Shown one piece after another: positions 1-12,202 of a stretch of DNA of 64,000 nucleotides. Position 1 is the stretch's first letter; every line of letters starts with the position of its first letter. The position numbers were made by a program, and so were the translations under genes. This stretch comes from Ptychomitrium polyphyllum (lineage: Eukaryota), in contig OZ316775.1 of the NCBI GenBank assembly GCA_973851085.1, positions 17,670,001 to 17,734,000 on the forward strand, in the 5' to 3' direction. The notes under the pieces were generated by a model. That model saw nothing but the letters and a program-made list of their open reading frames with translations, made no database searches and was not told where the DNA came from.

Positions 1-1511
1 CTTCAGAGATTGTGCACGGTGGTGTCTTGAACCTGGTGACTCCATGCCTCCCTGATTCCCTAAAGATACTGCACGTTGATTCTAAAAGCACAAGGTCCAA
101 GGTGTAAATAAATGTGGGCCACAGGAGTTGAATGATGGACTAGGATTCCACAGTTGCAACCTAGAAACAATCCCCTGCCTCTGGAGCATGTTGGCATTTG
201 ACTTATTTAGAGCAGACAAGAAAAGTGCGGCCTGGAACGGAATTTTGATGAAGTTAATGAGGATTTTTATCCGACTGTATTCTGTGCATGTTTTGTCCAC
301 CTAGCCAGTTCTTCACCGTGGCAAGCACTTAGTCTCCTCCTTTGTGGTTGTAAGTGGAGGCATCCAAGGTGTACAGAGGTCCATAAACGCCATTGCCCAG
401 GAGGCCAGATAATCAATTCCATAGTGAGTGAAACATTAGAAAATGTTCACATCCAGGTTAAGCATCTACCAGTTTCAAACGTAAATCTTGAAAACCAAAA
501 GTCATTTGTTCAAACCAGGAATTTGTACATAACATTTGAGAACTAGTGCTAGAATAGGCGGCTATTGAAATCTACATTGTCTAGTTCAATTCATAATTGC
601 TAATCATTTATTTGGCATGATTCAAGTATTCATTAACTTGATTCCTAATTTAATTTCAAATAAAAGGCCACTTCAACACTAATTTTAGAATGTCATGTAA
701 GTCTAGATTACAAATAACTTGTATTACTTCTACTCATCTTTAATAAAGAATTGATTACTTTTTCACAAAATCATCATGGTGTGCTTAATCCATTCTTACT
801 CATGACATTCTAAAACCCAATTTTAAAGCAGCTTCTTCTTTAGGAATCTCTTCCACTAATTATGACTAATTTGAATTAAAAAAATTTACTTAAGGTTTTA
901 ATAGTGATTGAAATTTATCAAAAAACTTACATATAGCCATTCTTATTAAGCATTTACATGTAATTTTAGAGGCAAAAATAGCCTTCTAAGAATTATATAT
1001 AGAAATTATAAATTGTACTTTGAAAGCAATTAATGTACAGTCACAAGAAGAATAAAAAAATAGAATATTATGAAAATAATTTTCAAATTCTTAAGAAGCT
1101 CATTAACTTTACTTCCAAATGTATACAAGTGATTTAAAATCCATGCAATAAATTACATGTGTCAATTATATATATATAACTTTTTGGTTGTAAAGCATAT
1201 ACTTCATTGATAAACACAAATGAAATGAAAAACAAAATGAGGCTATATGTAATATTTTGCTTGAAAAGATAGATATAAAAACGTCCTTCACATTATTTAA
1301 TTTGCATCAACAATTCCATTCTACTGTGAACACTCATAATTACTTGGAATTAACACAATTACAACACATTTAACATTTGCTTTCAGTACAAAAATCCATC
1401 AAAATTAATAAAATTTAAACTTAAAGAATACAAAATAAAGGAATTTTTCAAAACTGTATAGGAACCTCATTATTTAAGACCATTTCAAAATAAATTCAAG
1501 CAAATTAATAC

Positions 1512-1834
1512 CAAGACAAGGCTTCAGCATTCCAAGATGTGAAATAAGATATGTCTAAGATATATTAGTAAAAAAGAGCAATAACAAGATACAAAGACAA
1601 GCCCAAAAGGTCTAAGCTAGACCACAAGATATGCAGTCTCAAAGTTGAAGATCCCTTCAGCCTCAACTCTTATATATACTATGATTACAAGCGTTGGAAG
1701 CTCCTTAAAAAGCTTCTACTGTATTGCTTTATACTCAAGAAACCTTGAATTGTTCCTTTGGAAGTTTTATAAATCGAGAGAACTTCTTTGGAAGCTTTTT
1801 AAATCTTCTAAGAACCTTTTTACATGCTTCAAAT

Positions 1835-1865
<31 letters not shown>

Positions 1866-1876
1866 CAACCGTGACA
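1512..1876 (-). repeat. Chromovirus LTR, inverted copy of element A 3' LTR, truncated by ~20 bp
   Basis: Mirror of 22327-22689. It has the gtgaca terminus at 1871-1876 but lacks the other terminus, which is present at 22690-22709. Confidence 0.85.
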
Positions 1877-2456
1877 TCACCTCTTCTTCTAGCTCAAAGG
1901 TCTTCAAAAAACATGTTGCAACAAATGCTCAAAATTTAAAGAAGTCAAAAATTCGTTGCATGGTGTTTGCAACATATTCTAATTGCTTTTCATGATTCAA
2001 ATGGTTCATGGGTCATTATAACTATCGATAATGTCTAATGCCTTCTACTTGGAATCAAGCATGAATTTATGTATCTTTGTTGTAAAAACGTCCTTCAAAC
2101 AAGGCTTTTGAATAATCCTCATAAGCTAGTTCCACTTCAAAGACAATCACGTCCAATCTATTGCTAGGTATCCATTGACGTCTTCATGGTCCAATCTATT
2201 CTTTGTCACAAGATTGTCAATGCAAGCAACTTGGTTGAATTGACACTATTAGCATGGTATTTGCATCTTGATTGTCCATATTTAATATACTAAGCTATTT
2301 TCAAAGAACTATGATAAACTTCAAAATTCAAATGACTAATTTGTAAATCATGTCTTGGATTTTGGAAACTCTTAGTCTAGAAATTGCTTTCTTTCCCTAC
2401 TTAAAAGCCTAAGCATCAAGAGTCTTTAAGGTTACGCAACATTACCAAGCCACTAT

Positions 2457-3163
2457 TCATTGTGTTGCTACTTTTTCTTTGAATGGATGTTGTCTATGGA
2501 ACTTACAAATTTTTACTTGTAAATTAGCAAGATTATTAGCTGGCTCCCATGTGCGTTGACTGATGTTATATCCTTGCCAATAAACCAAGTATTCCAAATT
2601 TCCACGTTTTATCCGTGAATCAAACACTTTTCCTACTTCAAATTCATGAAAAGTGTCAATTTTGACCAAAGGTGGTGGCAGTTGCTTTCGTCTAGGGATA
2701 CTTGATTCCTTATAAACTTTCAAAAGCAAAACGTGGAAAATAGGATGTACTTTTATTGGTATTGATAATTCCAAACAATAAGCCACGTGGTTGAATTGTT
2801 TTTCAAATGCAAATGATCCCAATTTGCGATAGTCCAACTTGCCACATAGCCTGTTGGTTCTTATATTGCGTGAAAGGAGGCACATCTTCTCACCAACTTG
2901 GAATGGAAGTTGTTTTGTCCTTGTTGCATCTGCTGCCATTTTGTATCGTTCTCAAACTTCTTCTAGTTGAGTCTTCATGGTTGTTTGAAGCTTAGTCATT
3001 TTTGTGGCAAATTCCTTTGCTACTGGATTCTTAGATCGTAGAGGCTATAACATATCCATTTTTTGATGATGTCCATAGATGGAGTAGAATGGCATTTATT
3101 GAATGGAAGCGTAAGCGGTGTTGTTGTAGGCAAACTTAATCACTTTCAAGTTGAGAGTCCAAT
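2457..3163 (-). mobile_element. Degenerate integrase C-terminus plus chromodomain (inverted copy of element A 3' end)
   Basis: FAYNNT..SIQ, FQVGEK, KLDYRKLGSF, HPIFHV..LK (GPY/F module) and the chromodomain FEVGKVFDSR...LEYLVYWQGY...TWEPANNL. Mirror of 21040-21746. Confidence 0.9.
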
Positions 3164-3552
3164 TGTCACAAATACATACATTAGAAGCATCTAAAAAAGT
3201 TTTTAGAAGGTTTAGGAAGCTTTTAAAGAAGATACCTCGGCCTAAGAAGATTCTAAGGAAGTTACCTCGGCTTAGAAAACTTCTAAAGAAGCAACTCAAG
3301 GTTGCTTGAGTACAAAGAAATATAATAGAAGCTTTTCAAGGAGCTTCTAAGGCTTGTAGTCTTAGTATATATAGGAGTTGAGGTTGAAGGGATCTTCAGT
3401 TTTGACAACACATCTCTTGTGATTTAGCTTAGACCTTTTGGCCTTGACTTTGTACCTTGTTATAGCTCTTTACTTCTAATATACCTTGGATATATCTTGT
3501 TCTACATCCTAGAATCCTGAAACCTTGTCTTGTCATTATTCTATCCGTAACA
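3164..3552 (+). repeat. Chromovirus LTR (inverted copy of element B 5' LTR)
   Basis: TGTCAC...CCGTAACA termini, TATATA box near 3367, mirror of 20651-21039. Confidence 0.9.
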
Positions 3553-6500
3553 AATTGCCAAGACCACTGTCGTACTGTAAATAGTTATAGAGCTTAAAAC
3601 TTAGCTGATATGTATTATTTTGTGGATTTTGATTTATTGTGTTTTAGAAAGGAATACCAGGATGAAAAGAAAAGTTAGGTGAAAAAGATCGTAGTGAAAC
3701 CACGGTTTTGAGTGTCTTGGAGGTAGAACTGTATCTTGTCTTAGCTCAGGGTGAAGGCGCCGATTGACTGTGTTATTTTCCTGCCTGCCGTTCTTACTAG
3801 CAGTACCAAACCAAGTGCCGCCATCCCAGTCAATGAACCCAACAAGAATCAAACTTGGACCGGTTCTGCAGCTAAATTTTATCCAGTCAACCAAGTTTGT
3901 GGCTTGGTGTTTGATTCTGCCTTAGTAGTGACTTTATATTCATTGAACTTCAAATTTTTTCCTGTTTTCTTTCTTTTATTTTAGTTTTAGTTTCCTACTT
4001 TAGATTTTTGAGGATTAATTTTGTCTTCCTTTGTAGTTTGGAACTTAGAAGTTTTAATCAAAGAAAAGAAAAGAAAGAAAAGCAAAAGAAAAGGATTTAG
4101 GTTGTTTTTTATTTGAAGATATGGTTAGATAGGGGCTGATGTGGAGAGATAGGCTGATGTGGAGTGATAAGAGGCGGATGTGGCGGTTTGACCACCGCCC
4201 TCTTCTTCTTTCTTGGCCTCTTCCACTTGTTACTTAAGGCAGCCTTTTTTTCAACCATATCATATTTTATACTTCTTATTTTGGATTTTTTTGTTGTGTT
4301 TTCTTCCTTTATTTGTAAGCTTTTCAAAATGCCATCACACGCTCTATTTAAAGTTGTTATGTAACTGTGGCGCTAGTTTGAATAAAGTTGGTCCAGCTGC
4401 CTTGAGTTTTGAGAGCAGCTGATTTGAGTGCTTATAACTTCTTGTAGAAACGGTCTTTGAAGATGAAATTTGAAGGATAGTATGCTCGCTATTTCAAAAC
4501 AATAATGTAAAAATCTTGAGGAAAAAGGATTTTTGTAGTATGAGTTGTAGGAGAATATGTAACCGGGTTTTAGAAGGCAGATTATATATTTTGGCTATAA
4601 AAGAGGATAGGAGAGGTTTCTAAGGTTGATATTTTAGTGAAATGCTCATTGTAAGATAAAATTTGTGTGTACAAATTTTTGAATCTAGATTCATTATAAA
4701 GAAGAAGTTATAAGGTGATAAGGTGAAGGGGGTGTGGTGAGAAGGATGAGAGCTTTGATTGCATGGACCTCAATGATTATAGCAGCAATAGTTATGAAAC
4801 TTTAGTGTAGTTTTCTACATGTTTTTTGAACATATTACCAAAATATCAAGATTATTGGACTTTGAAATTAGGAAATATGGACAAATTTGTAAGCAGGATT
4901 TCAAGGGTAGTACATAGTTACGGTTTGGGTTTGGAATGAGAACTTTACAAAGTATATATAGAATGATAAACAAACTTTGCACTTAATTGACTTCAATTGT
5001 AACACCACCTAGTTAAATTACTGCGGAATTAGTACCAGCTAGAGGCCCGGTGCTTTTTCAAAGCAAGGCTCTTTTAGCACACCACCACCATACAACAATA
5101 TCAGAGCTTGGTCATTCTTAATAGAAAGCATGCCACCCCTCTTCTTAAAAGCACTACAATACTCTAGAGGTTGCGGATTATCTTCTTCTAGGCTGATATT
5201 GCTTCTTGAATTTTCTTTAATTTCTTGCATATTTAGTATTTTTTATCTGTTTCCAGTTCATTTCTATGCCAGGAGGTGAAGAAGTCAATATGATTGATTC
5301 AAAAGATGCCAAGTTAGATTCCATTATCAATGCTCTTGAAACATTGAGGATTAAGATCAAAACTTTATCCAAGCAAAACGAAGAACTGTATTTAATCATA
5401 TATAATGGTTAGAAAACAGAAGCACTGCAATTGCTATTCCAAGTTAGCTTAGGTGCTTCATTGTTTAGACCTGATTTGATAAAAGACGGACAATGTGAGC
5501 TATAGAATCAACTCATTATAGATTTTCTTTTAAAGAAATGACAAAATTTAACATTGTAAAAGAGATTAGGTCTAATTAGGGCAAAAGAAGTAGGATTATA
5601 GTTGTTATTAAAGGAAGTAAAGGGCAAGTGGGCAGATGCTCATGGTCCATGACACTTAAGGCCAATGCAAGAATGGAAGTATAAAAAAAAAGATGAATTT
5701 TACAACTTGGATACATTTGTTGCTGATTTTAGAATTGCAACTAAGTTTAAAATGATAGTCAAAATCTAAAAGAGCTTCTAATTTTAGAAACGCAGCTAAA
5801 TTTAGAAGGACAGTCAAAATCCAGAATAGTTGTTGATTTTAAAACTGCAGCTATATTTAAAAGTTTTAGAGTTAGGCAAATTTATTGTTACAATTTGGTT
5901 AGGAAATTCAAGAATTGGGGGAGGGTATCTAAGGAGTGGTTAGAGTAGTTTGAAGGAGGCTAGGGATAGCAAGATTTTAGAATATTAGAAGATACAAGGA
6001 ATTAGGTGAATAGTGGAGAGGAAAATAAGAAGAGTCTTTTGAGGAAGAATTATCTTAGAAGAAAAAATAGCAAGTAGGCTTGACAGTAGTGAAGAAAGGA
6101 GAATAGAGAATAAAAAGGCATGAATTAAAAGTTGGTTTAGGTTAGAGGAAAAAGAAAGAATCAAGAATATAATTAGGTTTAACAGTCCAATTAAGGAACA
6201 GTTTTTGCAAGGACTCACCTGGTAGCAAAAGAAAGGGTAGTTCAATAAAAATAGCAATAAATGACGGACAGCAAGAGCGGCATCAAGGAAACTAGCTACC
6301 GAAGACAAGTAGAACAGTGCCTACGTGGCCACTTCTGCAACAGGCTAGTGTGCAAACAGCGAGGAACTCAGGAAGGGATTGGCAGCAGCGAGAAGAACAA
6401 TGGTTATGTGAGAACGCTGACGAGGCGGCAAGCGGCGGCAACTACAAAGACTAAGGCGGAAGGTTCAATTGGGAACCAGAGACTACGGCAACAGACTTGC

Positions 6501-6899
6501 GTCAGGCCGGAAGGAAGTGAAGGTGCAAAATCAAAGGCAAGAGTTGGGAAGTTGATTGCAACAAGGGCCACGGTTAGATAGCAATAAGAGAAAACGGTAG
6601 TAGACAACTTAGCTAGAGTGCCCAAATTTAAGTGGGCCCTGCCATTGGCGGCCCGCTACAACACGGGACCACGTTGGAAATTAATAAGTCCTTTAATTAG
6701 TGGAAATTCATTTAATTCACGTTTTGTGACCACTAGTTATGGTAGCTGCTAGCCACTTAGTTATAGAAAGTTAAACATCTCTTGTTAAGCTACAAAAGAT
6801 ATCAACCATCAAATTTGTTCACTAAAGTTAATTAGGCTAGAAATCCATTACAAATACTACAAAATGCTTAACATATCTCAATATAAAAGGAAGCATGTG

Positions 6900-9400
6900 A
6901 GCTAGGGATCATTTCAGTTAGTGAGACAGTAAATTTAGTTTACAGACAACTTCAAGCCGAGAATTCAATGTCAACAGCTAAAAAACTAAGAATCAACTTT
7001 CCGGAGAAGTTTGATGGTATGCGTTTGAAATTTTGAGGCTTTATAAACCAAGTTCAACTTATTACCTTACTTCAACCTAGACGGTATCCTACAGACGCTT
7101 TGCACGTTGGTTTGATAGAAACGTTACTATCAAGATAAACATTGTTTTAATTTGTACATCTTTTTGAAAAGAATTCTCCCATATTTAGCAACTTTGATGC
7201 GTTTCTAGCCACATTTGCAGAAGCATTTGGTGACCATAATAAACTTGGTTCTGCAACTACTAAAATTTGTACCTTGTAGTATGAGCAACATTGTCGCAAT
7301 CCTTGTAATGCACCTTAACAATGTCTCGCCCGTCAACCCTGTACACCTCCACATGCACATGGTTAACCTCTATTTTCACTCTCCAAGTTCCAAATTTGGT
7401 TTCCATTTCCCCCTATCATTTTTCTTAGAACACCTAATTGATTGGTAGCCAATTGTTAGGTGCGGATTTCCATTTTGCTCAAGGCCTCACTTGGTGTTAC
7501 TCCCATTCTACACAGCCTAATTGCATTTAGTGGTGTTTCATCACCACCACACATGATTCCTATGTGATCCTAAGATCATTCTGGGTCCATAGTGCCGTCG
7601 TGAAGACTCCACCCCAACTTAGTGATAACAAGCGTACCTTTTTGATCTCACTAGTTCCTTTCGTGAAATTGATCACCCATCAATTCACAATGGTTTGGGA
7701 GTCTTTGTAGTGAAGCCCCAACACTAACTCCACCAATTGGGACTCACGCTTAGTTCCTAACGGGACATTAGGGGAGTGGAGAAGGGGATCAGCCCTCCCT
7801 TATAGTACTCTCTGTGGGATTCGGCAAGCCTTTGGAACTCTATAGCTGGTTGAACTCCAACACACCAAAAACTTTGGAAGACCACCCGATCTCCCTTAGG
7901 ACTTAGTCGCTAGAAGCCTTCGAGACTTCCTACAGACCTTCAAAAAGCCATATCTTCCACGTTTGGTATCCGAATTTATTAAACAACCACTTTATAGTCA
8001 TCTATTCTTTGCGTAGATGCCGATAGACTCTTCAAACGTCCAATTTGACTTGATTTTTTGGGATATATGCCTCTCTTAAGGTTCGGAACTCTTGGAGAGT
8101 CCCTCCCTACACTGTTCCAGTCCAGTTCAGTCACTGTCTAAAACTGCCACAATCCTGAATAGTCCTTTGGCAGCCCCAAACTTTGGAATTCCATATCTTT
8201 TAGTTTCCTTGTCTGATTTGAGCAATCTTTAGCATTCTAAAATCAACTCGTCATGAGTCCTCCAATGCCTAAAACTTCTCCCTTGTAGCCCTTGGTCTAC
8301 ATGGGCAAGGATGTTTCTCCCCTTTGGGATCCTTCCCACGCTAGGCCTACTTGAGCCACTTCATTATCGGTGCCACAAGTCCCGGACATCACTTCGGAGT
8401 CTCCTTTGTGCTCTTAGCATTGCGGGCACTTCTGAAGGAGAGGTACGCAACACATGTTTTATGTCAATTTATGCATCAGAATTTTGATAACTTGCATGCG
8501 ACATCAATTGGAGAGAAGAAGCGATGATGAATCAATTTCATTGGGATGTACGTGACAAAGCTAAGGATCTATTGCTATTAATGCCAAATTCAAAATCACT
8601 TGACAAAGCCATTAGTTAAGCTTTAAAGGGCAATAATTATGTATTGCATTATTGACAAGATAAATAAACTTTGATTATGCTTTAGCCGTATATCACCTTT
8701 TTAGTAGTTTTGGCCTTGTTTACCGCAAGTAAGTATTTAGGAACAAAAGCTATGCATATCAATGCTATTTGCATCAAGTCTTGTATTGAACATGAAAAAA
8801 AGCAACAAAAAGAGCAAAACTTGTATTCATATTGTGCAAAACATGACCACAAGCTTAATAACTTCTAAAAAAAACCTCTACATACATATCGGAAGAAGGA
8901 TACAACAATGATGTCAACCACTATGCAAGAAAAAAATGATATCTAGCAAAAGTAGGAACTACGCTGCAAGATCCGCTTCTTTTGCAAGGAAAAAAAGTCT
9001 TGTTTTCTTAGCCTACCTTCCTTCTATTTTACTATACTTGTTTGTATAGGTGTTTAGAAGCTCAAAATCCTTACTCTATTGGATTCAGGGGCCTTTGCTT
9101 GCTTTATTGACAAAGAATTTTTGAAAACGTATAAGTTTTTTTACTAAAAATTCCAAACCTGTCCATGTAGAAGTCATAGATGGTCCATTGTTATCCTCCA
9201 GAGATGTTACTCATGAGATCAGTTCATTTATAATATTATTGATTGATTATAGCATCTGTTTAGTGTATATCTTCATTATGTCTTCTTCTAGTTGTATTAT
9301 CCCAGGCCTCTTGTGGTTGGAAAAGTATAACTTGTTGGTATAGTGGACATGTAGGAAAGTAGATTTTTCAAGACCAAGATCTGTAGTGACCAAGTCTATA
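6900..9400 (+). mobile_element. Degenerate Gypsy gag and aspartic protease, interrupted by a solo LTR
   Basis: INFPEKFDG-like gag motif near 6991-7018, decayed zinc knuckle near 8820-8860, protease LLDSGA at ~9076-9093. Many stops and frameshifts. Confidence 0.8.
7292..8452. mobile_element. ~1.16 kb solo LTR inserted in gag (second LTR family)
   Basis: TGTCGCAA...CGCAACA termini. Homologous to 25233-26299 and 47440-48585, which have clean TSDs. Only a 3-bp 'cat' duplication is visible here. Confidence 0.85.
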
Positions 9401-11769
9401 GATGAAGTTCATGCATTTGAGAAGCCTAAGATTATAAAACCTCACTTTTTGAGAACTAGAGTATTTATAAAAGTATCAAAGACTGGTGCTTTTTTTGCTA
9501 TGTATGCAATTTTGATGTTCACAAATTTGGTTTCATCATCAACCATTCAAAAAAAATAGAAGGAATTTCAATATGTATTTATAGAAAAATATTCAAATAT
9601 TCTATATGAACATTGTCTGTACAATAGTGCCATTGTCCTTGAAGATGACATTCAACCACCATATAAACCTATGTGTAACCTGTTCCAAAAGAAGTTTTTG
9701 GCATTAAGAGAATATATTGATGAAGAATTAGCCAAGAATTTCATTTGGCATTCAAACTCTCGTGCTGGTGCTTCCATATTTTTTGTACAAAAAAGGATGG
9801 ATTTGTATGAATGTATGTTGATTACTGCAGCCTCAACAAAATGATGGTGAAGAACTAATATCCATTGCAACTGATATCTAGGCTTCTTAATCAACTTGGT
9901 CAAGTAAAGATACATACTAAAATAAACTTGCGAGGAGTCTATAATTTGGTGCGTATTGAAAAAAGAAAAAATTGGAAGACAACATTGTAAACAAGATATG
10001 GACATTTTGAGAACAATATCATGCCTTTTGGACTTACCAACGTACCATGAAATTTTCCAACATTTCATAAATGGTATGTTTTGAGAGTACCTTGATGATT
10101 TTGTTGTATGTTGTTTTGATGATATCTTTATATATTTAATGAACTCAGAGGAGCATGAATGATATATCCGCATAATCCTACAAAAACTACAAGATGTTGG
10201 TTTGTATGCCAAGCTGGTGAAATATATCTTCCACAAGTCTCAAATGGAACTTCTTGGCTATATCATCTCCAACAAAGGACTATTGATGGATTCAAAGAAG
10301 GTTGAAGCAATTAGCAATTGGATAAGACCAAAATCACTTTGTGATATCCAATGTTTTTTAAGATTTACAAACTTCTATAAGATCTTCATCAAAGACTATT
10401 CTTGAACAACTCTACCACTCATGAAACTAACATGCAAGGAAAAGCTTAAATAAAGATCTGATGGTGCGGATGCATTTCAAAGTTTGAAGCAAGCTTTTAC
10501 CACAACTTCTATCCTGTTCTATTTGGATTTTTCAAAGCCATTTTATATGGAAACGGATGCTTCCAACTTTGCATAAATATCAGTTTTATTGAAGTTAAGA
10601 GAAGAAGAGAGACTCCACCTAATTACATTATATTTTAGAAAATTTTCAGCTGCAAAAATCAATTACGAAATCCACAATAAAGAACTTCTTGCAATTGTAG
10701 ATTCCTTTTAAGAATGGCGCCACTTGCTCAAAGGTGCTGTGCATCCAATTATTGTATATATAGACTACAAGAACTTGGAATATTTCATGTCAACCCGCAT
10801 TTTGAATTGTTGCCAAGTTCATTGGAGTATGTTCTTATCTTGATTTGATTTCTACATCACATATTGACTTGAAAAACAACAAAGATTGACAAATGCTTTG
10901 TCTAGGCAATCATATCTTGCGCCAAAAGAAAAAAAAGCACCACATGTTCAACAACAAGCAACTTTGGTGAAGCTTAAATCATTTTGCACACGCACAACCA
11001 CCATTTTAACTCCAGTGGATTCATCATTCCTCGACCAAATTTGTATAGCATGTGCCAATGGCCTTTTTGTTTTTAATTTCAAATATTATTTCAACAACCT
11101 CTTTAGAAATGTGTCTAAATTCAAATTTAAAGAAAACCTTCTGTTCTTTGAAGAACAGCTATATATTCCTAAAAGATTAATGTATCTTTGTGTATTTCAA
11201 ACACATCATGACTTTCCTGCAGCTCAACGTTTTGGATTCAACAAGACTTTAAAATTGCTCTCAAGAAACTTTTGATGGCCTCAAATGTACAAGGCCATTA
11301 AAAAATTTGTACTCTCATGTAAAATTCACTTTTGGTCAAAGAACCTTTGCTACCTTCCACACGGACTTTCCAAACTACAGCATGTTCCAAAGCAATCATG
11401 ATTGTTTATTTCTATGGATTTCATCACAAATCTTCCACCGTCAAATTCTTTTGTTATCATCTTTGTGGTAGTAGACTGATTAACTAAGATGGCACATTTT
11501 GAACCTTGCAAGAAGACAATTATAAATCAAGAAATTGCCACACTCTTTATAGATAATGTCTACCGCTACCATAGACTGCTCGACAATATCATGTTGGATC
11601 ATAGGCCACAATTTGTATCAAGATTTTGAATGTCGCTCTTTAAATCTTTAAGGTGGACATTAAACTTTCTTCTGCCTTCCATCTTCAGACTGATGGCCAA
11701 ATGTAACAAGTCAACCAGATTTTGGAGCAATATCTGAGGTGTACCATCAACTACCAACAAGATGATTGG
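9252..11769 (+). mobile_element. Chromovirus element A: degenerate RT - RNase H - integrase (N-terminal and core)
   Basis: MPFGLTN at ~10021, EYLDDFVVCCFDDI at ~10085-10126, METDAS, NYEIHNKELLAI, ISMDFIT, HLQTDGQ. It ends at YQQDDW, where element B is inserted. Confidence 0.9.
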
Positions 11770-12202
11770 TATTACAAATGGAGTAACTACAAGACAAGGC
11801 TTTAGGATTCTAAGATGTGAAACAAAATATATCCAGGGTATATTAGAGATAAAGAATTACATTAAATTATATAGACAAGGCAAGAAGGTTTGAGTTGAGT
11901 CACAAGAAATTAGAACTAAAGATGGGTTGTCAAGACTAAAGATCCCTTTAACCTTAATTCCTATATAAATTAGAACTACAAGCCTTAGAAGCTTCTTAAA
12001 AAGCTTCTATTATATTGCTTTGTGCTCAAGCAACCTTGAGTTGTTTCCTTGGAAGCTTCATAAGTCAAGGTAACTTCTTTGGAAGCTTCATCAAACCAAA
12101 GTAACTTCTTTGGAAGCTTCCTAAAGTGAGGTAACTTCCTTGGAAGCTTCCTAAGCCTTCTAAGAATCTTTGTAGATGCTTCTATTGTGTATGTCCATGA
12201 TA
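11770..12202 (-). repeat. 3' LTR of element B
   Basis: Homologous to 20651-21039 but clearly diverged. Termini are mutated (tattaca...catgata). Adjacent purine tract on the minus strand and ~29-30 bp GGAAGCTTC-containing U3 repeats. Confidence 0.85.

Larger units (their letters stand above)
1512..9251. repeat. Left arm of a ~7.74 kb near-perfect inverted duplication
   Basis: ORFs here recur as mirror images at 14952-22689. Coordinates sum to 24203, or 24201 outside the (TA)n tract. The outer match ends at caagacaag 1512-1520 / cttgtcttg 22681-22689 and the inner match ends at 9251/14952. Confidence 0.97.

Noticed and set aside
1..470. Higher-GC segment that looks like an exon
   Set aside because: The minus-strand frames I translated contain stops, no long plus-strand ORF is in the track, and no family is recognisable.
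3634..7448. Numerous short ORFs duplicated at 16755-20569
   Set aside because: Their identity is explained by the inverted duplication. Most are shadow frames in LTR, leader or solo-LTR sequence.
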